From Candidatus Bathyarchaeota archaeon (GTDB taxonomy: Archaea > Thermoproteota > Bathyarchaeia > Bathyarchaeales > Bathycorpusculaceae), in assembly GCA_963815095.1 (NCBI GenBank), contig CAWFFH010000003.1, forward strand, positions 1,440,001 to 1,504,000: a stretch of DNA of 64,000 bases, read 5' to 3'. Positions 13,651-23,270 of the stretch are shown piece by piece. The stretch's first letter is position 1; each line of letters begins with the position of its first letter. The notes beneath the pieces were generated by a model. It was not told where the DNA came from. It did no database searches and saw only the letters and a program-made list of their open reading frames with translations. Position numbers and translations under genes: made by a program.

Positions 13651-14059
13651 AAGAAGGTTTCAATTGACAGAAAAACCCAACCGTTATTGCAGCCTTATCG
13701 CCTTCAACAATTCAAGTTCAACGGTGGTCATTTCGATTTTTTTATGTCAGGGTAATTTGGTGTAATATCGACGACGACGACTGACCTTACTCCAAGTTAA
13801 AAAAAGTTGAAAGAGTCTTGGATGGTTGGAATAGGTTGGTATTGTTAACATATGGTTGAGGGGTATAAAATAACAAAGAACTTACCCCTCACAAAAAACA
13901 ACAAAAACAAAAAATTGTCCAATATGTAAATCACGGAAAATCAAGAAATTAGGCAACAAGACATGTGGCGATTATGAATGCAGAGGCAAATATGCAGAAA
14001 ATAAAAATGAAAATACTTAACCGTCCAAATCAATAGACTAACTGCGGAAATGTCACAGT

Positions 14060-14770
14060 ATGCCGGATAATGCTGTAGAATTGAATAAGACTAAAGACCC
14101 AAATAAGTTTCAAATTCGCGCCGACCTGCATGTCCATACAACTTTCTCGAAAGATTCACTGATAACCCCCAAAGACCTCGTTTACTATTCCAAGAAGCGC
14201 GGGTTGAACGCAGTCGCCATAACTGACCACAACCAACTCGAAGGCGCCTACAAAATCGCCAAAGAAACCGACTTCTTAATCATTCCAGGCATGGAAGTGT
14301 CCAGCGCTGACGGGCATATAGTTGCTCTTAATGTCCACGAACTTATTCCCAGAGGTTTTAGTGCTGTTGAAACCGTGGAGCGCATCCATCGAGCAGGCGG
14401 AGTTGCAATCGCATGCCACCCATACGTTTACTTTAAAGGATGTCTAAGGGAAAAGGTCAGTGGCACGTTTGATGCTATAGAAGTGATAAACGCACGCGCG
14501 TTTCCTTTCAAGAGTAGCGTGAAAAAAGCTGAGGGCGCTGCGGAGCGCTTGAAGCTCACACGTGTGGCTGGAACCGATGCCCACTATGGTTCCCAAATCG
14601 GTTATGGTTACACAGTTATTGAAGCAGCTGAACCAAGCGTTGAAGCCATAGCTAAAGCTATCGTGGATGGACACTGCCAACCTTTTGGTCAACCAGTACC
14701 TCTCATCATAAACCTTGAGCAGCAGTTTTGGAGGTTAAGGCGGATGGCTAAAAAATTTAGCCCCTCTTAG
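14060..14770 (+). CDS. PHP-family metal-dependent phosphoesterase
   Basis: DLHVHT, AITDHN, PGMEVS, CHP, GTDAH motifs. Confidence 0.9.
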   Translation: MPDNAVELNKTKDPNKFQIRADLHVHTTFSKDSLITPKDLVYYSKKRGLNAVAITDHNQLEGAYKIAKETDFLIIPGMEVSSADGHIVALNVHELIPRGFSAVETVERIHRAGGVAIACHPYVYFKGCLREKVSGTFDAIEVINARAFPFKSSVKKAEGAAERLKLTRVAGTDAHYGSQIGYGYTVIEAAEPSVEAIAKAIVDGHCQPFGQPVPLIINLEQQFWRLRRMAKKFSPS

Positions 14771-15031
14771 GTTGATTTACGGGTTGGTTGGATTAAATTT
14801 TAATCTTTCTTTCTTTCTCTCTGCCTTCAACAAATACGACCTACAACAACGACTGACTCTAACCCTCTCTTCTTATCACTCTCTCCCACGCATTCTTTCG
14901 TTCGCTCGTTAGCTCGCCCGTTCGCATACAGACAAACAAACAGACAACAAAAGAAAGGATTATAGACTGTCACTCTGTCTGTCACCTTGTCTTTGTCTGT
15001 CTCACTGTCACTCGAAAAAAAATTCAATGGC

Positions 15032-16002
15032 TTAGCGTTTGCGTTTCTTGTAGTAAACCAACAAACCAGCAACAACAGCTACCGTGATTACTGAAACTAT
15101 GACAAATGTTGTTGGGAAAAGCTCTGCTTTTGGTGCAGGTTCCGGAGAAGGAGAAAGTGATAGAGTAAGAGAAAAGTCATATGGCATCATAAGTGGGTAG
15201 TTATCTCGGTTATTCTCATCAATGACGTAAGGTATATCACCTATTCTATCACTGTTGTTGTCTGTGCCATTATAGTTGCTCCAGTAGTTTACTGTAGTGC
15301 CGTTGTCAAAAGTGTTCATTAACGGCAACACAACTGTTTCGCTCCCACGGATGACTGTTTCGCCTGTAATGAAAACGTTTACGGCATTTTTATCAAAATT
15401 ATTGTTGAATATGCTGTTGTTTTCAGAGGAGGAAATCCACAAACCACGAGAGTTACCTGTTATGTTGTTACCGAATACCCTATTGTTACTGGTTTGAGAT
15501 TCGAAATCTATGCCTCTCAAGTTGCTAATTATTAGGTTTCCAGTTATGACGTTCGAGGTTCCACCCCAAACAACAATTCCTGAGCTTAGCACACGTGATT
15601 CCCTCTCAGGAGGGAACCAGTCAATATATTATTAGATATAGTGATGCTTGACCAATTATTTAGGAGAATATCTTCATCGAAGTAGGAATTGATTGTCATT
15701 ATGAAGTTTTCTATCGTTACATCATTAGCGTTAGTTACGGTAAGGGGGATAGAAAGTGTGTATCCGTTTCCATCAAGGGTCATGTTGCTATGTCTAACTG
15801 TTATTCCATTTGCGTCGCCGGTCAAAGTGTAGATGTCACTATCACGCTGAATTGGGGCACCAACGGGGTCAACGCTTCCGTCAGCTTTGATAATTATTCC
15901 TGTATAATTTTGAGCAGTTGTTGAATTGATGAACTGGTTTCCAGCAACAGCTGAGAATAGGAGCGCGAAGATGAGTGTTAGTACTAACGCTTTTTTATTC
16001 AT
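15032..16002 (-). pseudogene. Frameshifted NosD/parallel beta-helix cell-surface protein
   Basis: ORF 15586-16002 has a signal peptide and IIIKADGSVDP; ORF 15032-15592 has Asn-rich repeats, NYWSNYNGTDNNSDRIGDIPY and a C-terminal TM + KKRKR; frames overlap near 15590. Confidence 0.75.
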
Positions 16003-16052
16003 GCGATCACAATCTTCTATGTTTGACGTTAGGCTATTTCCGCTTTAATAGG

Positions 16053-16080
16053 GTTTTCATCAAGGTTTCTTGACTAACCA
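16053..16080. other. dif/Xer-like 11-6-11 site A
   Basis: GTTTTCATCAA-GGTTTC-TTGACTAACCA; 19 bp identical to 24168-24186. Confidence 0.5.
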
Positions 16081-16084
16081 AAAA

Positions 16085-16309
16085 TTAGAGGGTTAGGATT
16101 CTCGGAATCCACTCTTTCCTTTCATTTCGCAAATACTTTGCAAACAGAAGAGCCTCTTCACTAATCAACGTATCAATGGTTTGTCTTTTTCCAACCTTAA
16201 TTCTTTTAACATCAACCATGCGGTCAAAGAAAGCGTTCAAATCTTCAGCTAAACTGTCAGTCTCATACTCTTTCAAGTGAATTTTCTTACCCATCTTTAG
16301 ATGCATCAT
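16085..16309 (-). pseudogene. cas1: C-terminal fragment of stand-alone Cas1 (casposase-like)
   Basis: RIKVGKRQTIDTLISEEALLFAKYLRNERKEWIPRI matches my recollection of the C-terminus of archaeal Cas1-solo proteins; N-terminal part absent. Confidence 0.65.
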
Positions 16310-16527
16310 AAAATTTGATAACGAAAATAATGATGTAATAGTTTAAAGGTTTGGAAAAAGTAGAAGAATGAAATTTGTATCCATTGAATCGAGGTCAAGT
16401 CCTACCCAATGCCTTTGTTAAAGGAAGGTGCTAACAAGCGTTTTTTTATTGAGGCTTAATGACGCGATTGGGTGAGCCGACAGCTATTTAACTCAATAAC
16501 AAACATGTAAGGAATTGGTGAAAAGAA

Positions 16528-16803
16528 GTGAGCAAGGTTGAGAACGAGTTAAAAGAAAAGATTGACGAATTAATCAGGCAGAAGGCAGATTCATCTACAG
16601 ATGAGCTTTCAGATTCAGAACATGGGTATGTTGATGCTCTGATTTGGCTTAAAGAAGGCTCAATCCAGCTAACTAATGAAGGCCTTGGAAAAGAAATTGT
16701 AAAGCAAACCTATGCGGACAAAGACTCAAGCAAAGAATACTGCGATGGCTACGATTCTGCACTTAAACAGGTGTTAAAAATGCTGATTGACTTGAAAAAA
16801 TAG
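16528..16803 (+). CDS. Hypothetical protein with two GYxxAL repeats
   Basis: 91 aa; GGTGA SD; HGYVDALIW and DGYDSALKQ. Confidence 0.65.
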   Translation: MSKVENELKEKIDELIRQKADSSTDELSDSEHGYVDALIWLKEGSIQLTNEGLGKEIVKQTYADKDSSKEYCDGYDSALKQVLKMLIDLKK

Positions 16804-16924
16804 AATGTTCTAAGTGAATCTGATTGAAATTTACTAACTAAATCGCATCATATCATTATTTAGAAACTGGAGCGCCAAACTGTTTAAACAAAAAAGGGTT
16901 GCGCGGGTGATTTCTCCATTTACA

Positions 16925-16952
16925 GAGGGTTCGAATCCCACCACCTGCACCA
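16925..16952 (+). other. tRNA 3'-end fragment (T-arm, acceptor 3' strand, ACCA); probable att scar
   Basis: GAGGG-TTCGAAT-CCCAC-CACCTGC-ACCA with no D or anticodon arm upstream. Confidence 0.75.
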
Positions 16953-16997
16953 TTATATTAAAGAAGACTGCTTGTTGTTAGAATTACAAAGGAGTTT

Positions 16998-17195
16998 GTG
17001 CATTTGACGGGTGAGTTTGAAAAGCAAGTCAAAAAGTTATGTCTTGACCCTAAAGCGGAGAAGGAACTAATCGATATGATAAACAAAGCTACTAGCGAAG
17101 ACCAATGTATGTGCTGCGAATCTAAAGAAGGATGCGAGAATTTTAAGTGGCACAAAAAATGGCTCAACACCAACAACTGTAATTGCTGTCCATAA
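16998..17195 (+). CDS. Small Cys-rich hypothetical protein
   Basis: GGAG SD; CMCCESKEGC and CNCCP. Confidence 0.6.
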   Translation: MHLTGEFEKQVKKLCLDPKAEKELIDMINKATSEDQCMCCESKEGCENFKWHKKWLNTNNCNCCP

Positions 17196-17351
17196 TCTCG
17201 CCTTTGATTTTCTTATATAAAATTTCTAAAAAATAAACTGAAATCTGAATGATTAGTTATAGAATCATTGGATGAGATTGTTTCAAAAGGAAAAGCTAAA
17301 AACAGAAAAATGCATTGGAAACGTAATTTAAACACAACAAGGGGAGTTTAA

Positions 17352-17675
17352 TTGAAGTATTATAAAGATGATGGAAAAGAACGCATTAATGAAACAAACC
17401 TAAGAGAAATCTCAATTGAGAATGCTCTAAAAGAAATTGATGTTTTCCCAACAACTGAAGGTAATTTTATAGGCTTCATTAATGAGAAAGATGAAACTAT
17501 ACAATTCCATAAAAAAGAAGAAAATGCATGGGTTCTGGATGTGCCAGTGGTAGAAAATGGTTATTTTATTTACAATCTTAAAGATGATGACCTTACGACT
17601 GAAAAAGTAAAGATTATTGTTAAGAAATTCTTCTTAGGAGAGAATTGGCAGTATCTATGTAGTTTAACAAAGTAG
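17352..17675 (+). CDS. Hypothetical protein
   Basis: 107 aa; GGGGAG SD before TTG; AT-rich. Confidence 0.65.
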   Translation: MKYYKDDGKERINETNLREISIENALKEIDVFPTTEGNFIGFINEKDETIQFHKKEENAWVLDVPVVENGYFIYNLKDDDLTTEKVKIIVKKFFLGENWQYLCSLTK

Positions 17676-17818
17676 AATTTATCTATTTTACCCTTTGAAA
17701 AATGGGGTGCATCGGGATATTTTTAATAGAAAATTAGAACCAACATGTTGACCTTAGGGTGATGTTAAAAAGTCTACCCAAAGTCTAAAACAGAGAATTT
17801 ATAAAAGAAGATATTAAC

Positions 17819-18994
17819 TCAAAGCTCTTTTGGTAACGGTGCACTCTTTCTTTTTGTTGTATAAACCTTCTTCAGTATTGGCATCGCAATAAAGGTAGTC
17901 AAAATAACAGCCATTACAGCTACAGAATAGGTTCCCGTCGAAATTAATCCACTTGTCAATCCAAGACTTGCAATTATTAAGCCCATTTCACCTCTAGGCG
18001 TCATGCTGATTCCTATTTTGAGGGCTTCTTTAGTCGAGAACTTTGTCATACGCGCAGCCACAAAACTACCCAAGATCTTGCCTATGAAAGCCATAGCCGT
18101 GATAACTAATCCTAAGTATGCGGCTTCGCCAAAGACGCTAAGGTTTATCAGAGTTCCTATGGAAATAAAGAATATTGGTACGAAGAACATATAGAGACTT
18201 TTTGTTTTTTCAAGAACCATCTTAACTTTTGCCTGTCTGGTTGATAACGGTAAACCTGCAGCAAACGCCCCAACTATTGGCGATAATCCAACTGTTGCAG
18301 AAATGTAGGCTGCGAAGAAACCGTATGCTAACACCAAGAGAACCATATATTCGTCATCAAGTCTGACCTTGTCGATGGCTCGAACAATAACCTTTGAGCC
18401 TATCAGAACTATTACAGCCCAAAAAATAACCGCTTTAACTATGACAAGTGCTATTTCAAAGGTATCAACTTGACCAGATAGAATATTTAAAACCACGGAA
18501 AGGAGAACAACGGCAACAACATCATCAACAATACCTGCCCCCAGAATCGTTAACCCAGTTGGATTATTTAATTTACCCATATCTTTTAGCAGTCGGATGG
18601 TTATGCCAATGCTCGTTGCCGTAAAAACAACGCCTATGAAAAGTGCTTCATTGTTTGAAATTCCAAAATACAGTGCAGTATAGTAACATAGAGCCAAAGG
18701 GATTATTGCACCAAGAACCCCTATTGAAAGTGATGGTACGAGCTGTTTTTTTAGGTCATGCATCTCTGTTTCTAGACCAATATAGAACAGCAAAATAATG
18801 GCGCCTAACTCAGCAAAAACGCTTACAATGGCCTGGTTGGAAATTAAATTAAAAATCGACGGTCCTAGAAGAATTCCAACTAGGAGTTCCCCTAAAGCGA
18901 CAGGATACCCGAACCTCTTTATCAGTAAGCCACCGACTATTGCAGCTACCAATAGTAAAGACAACTCAAGCACAAACGAGTTTGGATCAGTCAT
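17819..18994 (-). CDS. Cation:proton antiporter (CPA2/Kef-type)
   Basis: About 12 TM helices; GELLVGILLGP, LLFYIGLE, TATSIGIT, VDDVVA, PRGE. Confidence 0.92.
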   Translation of the reverse strand: MTDPNSFVLELSLLLVAAIVGGLLIKRFGYPVALGELLVGILLGPSIFNLISNQAIVSVFAELGAIILLFYIGLETEMHDLKKQLVPSLSIGVLGAIIPLALCYYTALYFGISNNEALFIGVVFTATSIGITIRLLKDMGKLNNPTGLTILGAGIVDDVVAVVLLSVVLNILSGQVDTFEIALVIVKAVIFWAVIVLIGSKVIVRAIDKVRLDDEYMVLLVLAYGFFAAYISATVGLSPIVGAFAAGLPLSTRQAKVKMVLEKTKSLYMFFVPIFFISIGTLINLSVFGEAAYLGLVITAMAFIGKILGSFVAARMTKFSTKEALKIGISMTPRGEMGLIIASLGLTSGLISTGTYSVAVMAVILTTFIAMPILKKVYTTKRKSAPLPKEL

Positions 18995-19188
18995 TATTAC
19001 AATATCAAAATTTTGATTATTTAAATCTGAAGTACTTGCTTGTACAAATTTAACATAAATGAAACAGCAATAGAACGTCTTGCCTTTCTTTCATTTTATA
19101 CCATTCAACTTTACTGTAGAGTTGTTGAGCAATTACCAAAATGGGTTTTTTATACTATAATGTTATAAGTACAGACTACTAAAATTGA

Positions 19189-19374
19189 TTGGGAATGTCT
19201 TTGGAGACTTGGGTCTTCGTTGCTATCTTGGTACTGTCTGGTGCCTTATTAATAATCTGCAGCTTGAAAGAAGCAGAACTCAGTCTTGTGTTTATAGCAG
19301 CTGGAACATTTACTACAAGTATTAGCTCCTTAGCATTTTTCAAAAAATTCAGAAAAGTGATAGAGCGCCTTTAA
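19189..19374 (+). CDS. Small two-TM membrane protein
   Basis: Two hydrophobic segments and a basic tail. Confidence 0.5.
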   Translation: MGMSLETWVFVAILVLSGALLIICSLKEAELSLVFIAAGTFTTSISSLAFFKKFRKVIERL

Positions 19375-19592
19375 AAAAGTATTTTGTTGCGTTGAGTATA
19401 ATCGATTTTGTCGTAAATGTAACTAACTATGTTTCTTGTCGTTAACTCCTTTGCCCGAAAGTTTACAGGGAAAAGAGATAATTGAAGAATTGACATAAGA
19501 GAAAATTTTAAGTCAACTACATCTCATAATATCTGAAGTAGAGCCTTTTCGTTCAAAAACAAATAGTTCAAAAAAAAGAAAGATGAAAAAAG

Positions 19593-19883
19593 TTATTTGT
19601 GTTTTCTTCTATTTCTAATAATAGTTATTACTCCAATGATGAAAAAAAATAGTGATGCCAGAAAAATCGTTTCATCAATTTCCGTTTCAAGGACAGTTTG
19701 TGGATGAAATGCTACGATTCCTAAAACAAATAAGATAATGCTAATGATTAACAATCTTATGCCCAGAGTACCAGTATTTTTTGACAAACTGTTATCTACC
19801 ATATTTAAGTTATCAAGTGTTCTAAATATTGTTATCTTAACAATAGCAAACATGAAAAACATTTTATTTTTTATCCTGGGCAT
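19593..19883 (-). CDS. Small membrane protein (start likely internal ATG)
   Basis: Two TM segments and C-terminal RNRRKHK. Confidence 0.45.
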   Translation of the reverse strand: MPRIKNKMFFMFAIVKITIFRTLDNLNMVDNSLSKNTGTLGIRLLIISIILFVLGIVAFHPQTVLETEIDETIFLASLFFFIIGVITIIRNRRKHK

Positions 19884-20194
19884 TGAAAAAGATATTAATA
19901 TTGAGCTTTCGTGGTTTCTGTTTGGCTTTTCGGGTTAATTCGATTAACATACTGAATAAAAGAAAAAGTATAAGCAAATAATACGCAAGACTCCAAAACT
20001 AACGACCCGAAACGTAGGAAGATATAACATCGTTTCTGAAACCTCCAAAATCTAAAAATCAAAGCACTGCAACAACGCTACCGCTATCGCATAAGTATAA
20101 TCGTATTTTTTGGGCTCTAAATTTCCTTAAACTTCGAAGTACAAAAAAATCAACAAAAAACCCTTTATCAAAAAATAACTGTACTGTTAAAACA

Positions 20195-20337
20195 GGGAAT
20201 TGTGTTCCCGTTAAGGAAACGTTTAGCTGGGTCAACTTTGGGAGGACTCGGCGGCTTCAGAGCCCACCTGGAATTGCCTTAGCGGGTCTAATACCAAAAC
20301 GTGCTTTGATCCGCTAAACGTTCGATCCTCCTTTTTT
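20195..20337 (+). ncRNA. Candidate structured ncRNA (long irregular rod)
   Basis: GC-rich island; AACGTTTAGC/GCTAAACGTT, GGGTCAA/TTGATCC, TTTGG/CCAAA, GGACTC/GGGTCT, GGCGG/TTGCC, TTCAG/CTGGA nested stems; oligo-T after. Confidence 0.5.
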
Positions 20338-20526
20338 ATTTACAAAACCTACAGTTGGTAATCAGACCGATTAACCACAAGCCGCCCAATTAACGTAGAG
20401 ACTTTAAAGAAGGCAAAAAACATAAAAAAAGGGGAAGATGTGCGATAGATATCTCCATTTACTTGAAAATTGTTTTAATAAGGCGCCCTTCAATATTGTG
20501 AACGCTTCAAATAGAGGCAAATTATC

Positions 20527-22443
20527 TTGTTAATCCAAGAAGTTATACTTGAAAATTTCATGAGTTACGAATATGCCCGAGTACCTTTCAAAAAGGGCGT
20601 TAACATAATTGGAGGTCCTAATGGCGCAGGAAAATCCTCCCTTTTACTCGCCATCTCCGTTGGTTTGGGGCAAACCTATACTGAACGGTCCCGAAAACTT
20701 AGTGATTTAATTCGCTGGGGACAAGACCAAGCCAGAGTAACCCTCATTTTAGATAACAGCAAGCAAGGCAACAAAAGACCTGTTTCCAAATACAGCAAAG
20801 ACCAACTTTTCCTGACCCGTGTTTTGCGTCGTGACGGAAAGTACTTTTTTGAACTTGAAAACCGTGTCGCAAGCAAACAAGATATTGAACGATTACTCGG
20901 CAAGTTTGGCGTTGACCCGGACAACATGCTAATCATCATGCATCAGAACATGGTGGAGCAATTCAGCGTTCTGAGCAACGTTGAGAAACTGCGTATGGTT
21001 GAAGCTGCCGTGGGTTTGGAGCCTTTCCGCGAGAACGTCGTGCAAGCCAAAACCAAACTCATGCGTATTCTAAACCAGGAAGAATCAGTCAGCAAACTCC
21101 TCGAGCAAGCAGAGCAAACCCTCCACTATTGGCACGAACAATACGAGAAATACCAAGAGAAAAAACAGTTGCAGCTTAAACGCCGCTTTCTGGACCGTGA
21201 ACTGGTTTGGGCGGAAGTGGAAAAACGCGAAGGCACAATCAAGGCGCTGCAGACAAACTTTAACAAAAACCAGCAAGCATTGGGCAAAATTGAGGATGAC
21301 AGGCAAAAACTAATTGGCGAGTTGGATGAGCAACAAGCTGAAGTGCAAGTGCTTAAAAAAGAAACCAGCGTCGTTTTTGGTGAGCGCTTAAGTTTAGAGC
21401 GGCAAATTGCCCAGAGTGAATCTACTCTGTCTTTGATTGAACAGTTTTTGTCAGAAGCTCAAGCCTTAGAATCCACAGTTGGCAAAAACCAGCTTAAACT
21501 TCTAAGAAGCGAAAACCTCAAACAAATAGTGGAAAAGTCCAAAGAGCAAATCATAAAGGCAAACGAAAAAATCAAGGATAACCAGAAAAACCTTCAGAAA
21601 CTTGAGGGTTCAACTGAGAAAAACTCGTCTGAAGCATTGGATAAACGTGTTACATTGGGTTTGCTTGAGTTTAAGCGGGCCAACGCCATTGTAGAAATGA
21701 AAAATATTGAGAAGCAGATTCGGGAAGCTCAAGAAAACTTGAATGCTGCAATTTTGAAGGCGCAGCAATGTGGCGAGCGAATAGCCGTCTTAAAAACAAA
21801 TGCTGAAATTCAAGATGAAATAGGATTAACTAACGGACACTTAGCGGCGCTTGCCGACGTTTCTGAAGATATCGAGCGTCAGTACGAATCGTACTCTAAG
21901 CTTTACGTGGAGCTTAAAGAGAAAGCGCAGTTGGTTGCTGAAAACCGCGAGAAAACCCTTGAAGAAGTCAAAACCCGAATGCACTCATGGCGCACCGTTA
22001 TGGAAAACTTACTTGAACGGGTAAACGTTGAATACCAAAAAATCATGGCTCAAACAAGGGCAACTGGAGAAGTGAAGCTTTCAAGTGCTCAAGATATTGA
22101 AACTGCTGGGCTTGAAATTTACGTCGGTTTCAAGGGAAGCAAACCCGTAGCATTGGATGCATACACTCAAAGCGGCGGAGAACGAACTACAGCCACAATG
22201 GGTTTCCTTCTTGCTTTACAGCAACATGTCCGCTCACCCTTCCGCGCCGTGGACGAATACGATATTCACATGGATCCCAAAAACCGCGAAATGATCGCCA
22301 AAGTCTTGGTTGCATTGATTAAAGATGCCAGCGCTCAATACGTGGTGATTACTCCAAGCCAAATCACTTTTGCCCAGCAAGATGCCAACGTTATTACGGT
22401 GCAAAATTTGGAAGGGAAATCAGTTGTGCGTGAGGTTGCCTAA
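20527..22443 (+). CDS. Short SMC-family ATPase, SMC5/6-like
   Basis: GPNGAGKSS Walker A, MHQN Q-loop, long coiled coil, QSGGERT signature, PFRAVDEYDIHMD Walker B/D-loop, VITP. Confidence 0.9.
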   Translation: MLIQEVILENFMSYEYARVPFKKGVNIIGGPNGAGKSSLLLAISVGLGQTYTERSRKLSDLIRWGQDQARVTLILDNSKQGNKRPVSKYSKDQLFLTRVLRRDGKYFFELENRVASKQDIERLLGKFGVDPDNMLIIMHQNMVEQFSVLSNVEKLRMVEAAVGLEPFRENVVQAKTKLMRILNQEESVSKLLEQAEQTLHYWHEQYEKYQEKKQLQLKRRFLDRELVWAEVEKREGTIKALQTNFNKNQQALGKIEDDRQKLIGELDEQQAEVQVLKKETSVVFGERLSLERQIAQSESTLSLIEQFLSEAQALESTVGKNQLKLLRSENLKQIVEKSKEQIIKANEKIKDNQKNLQKLEGSTEKNSSEALDKRVTLGLLEFKRANAIVEMKNIEKQIREAQENLNAAILKAQQCGERIAVLKTNAEIQDEIGLTNGHLAALADVSEDIERQYESYSKLYVELKEKAQLVAENREKTLEEVKTRMHSWRTVMENLLERVNVEYQKIMAQTRATGEVKLSSAQDIETAGLEIYVGFKGSKPVALDAYTQSGGERTTATMGFLLALQQHVRSPFRAVDEYDIHMDPKNREMIAKVLVALIKDASAQYVVITPSQITFAQQDANVITVQNLEGKSVVREVA

Positions 22444-23270
22444 TGCAGTCAACCAAACACGACAAGAAACTGGGCACAGAAAAACTCGAACGCATAATCG
22501 AAATGTGCATTGCCATAGAAAACCACCAAGTCGAGCCCTTCACGTTAAACGTTGATGAAATCATCAAGATTGTTAAGCAGTATTTTCCAAATTGGGAAAA
22601 CCCCGACGAATTAAAACTCGACGCAGAAGCTCTCCACCACTTAGCCTCAGTAATCAAAATGCAGAGCGAATGGGTAAAACAGCGCTCAAACTCACTCTAC
22701 ACCGACCCATTTCTCCTTGAAGAAAAAATCCGCGAAACGAGCAAGGAAGGAATGGTCGAAGTTTTTTTGGGCGCTTGGAGTCCGCTAGTTGAGTTTGAGC
22801 AGCTGAGTCTCCATAGCTTGGCACAGGGTTTGCTTTACTGGGAAGCGTTGGCTCCTATGGGTGATCGATGGAAAGACATAGATGTTTCCCAAGTTACCAT
22901 GGGCTCAGTGAGCCGCGACGAACTTGTTAAGCAGCGCGTTTTAAGCGATCGAGAATTCTCAGAGGACCTGGAGTGTTACTGGCAGGAACTCAAAATTAAA
23001 GTCACAGAAAAAGGAGTATGTGGCAAGATTGCTTATTGGGATTTCATCGGTGCAGACACGTATGAAGATACCGTGAACCGAGCTTTCCTAACTGCTTTTC
23101 TGATAACTTATGGTTATGGAACGTTGGAGATCGACCGCTTGGAAGAAACCATGTTCATTCTTCCCTTCGATAAACCCAGAAAAGAAGCATTAACAGAGCA
23201 ATCCAGGTCGGTTCCCATTGCGGTTTCAGTTGAAGATTGGCAAAAATGGAAACGAGGCGAACAAATTTGA
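22443..23270 (+). CDS. Kleisin (ScpA/Nse4-like)
   Basis: N-terminal VEPFTLNVDEII and LASVIKMQSE resemble ScpA helices; C-terminal AFLTAFLITYGYGTL winged helix; TAATG coupling to SMC gene. Confidence 0.7.
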   Translation: MQSTKHDKKLGTEKLERIIEMCIAIENHQVEPFTLNVDEIIKIVKQYFPNWENPDELKLDAEALHHLASVIKMQSEWVKQRSNSLYTDPFLLEEKIRETSKEGMVEVFLGAWSPLVEFEQLSLHSLAQGLLYWEALAPMGDRWKDIDVSQVTMGSVSRDELVKQRVLSDREFSEDLECYWQELKIKVTEKGVCGKIAYWDFIGADTYEDTVNRAFLTAFLITYGYGTLEIDRLEETMFILPFDKPRKEALTEQSRSVPIAVSVEDWQKWKRGEQI

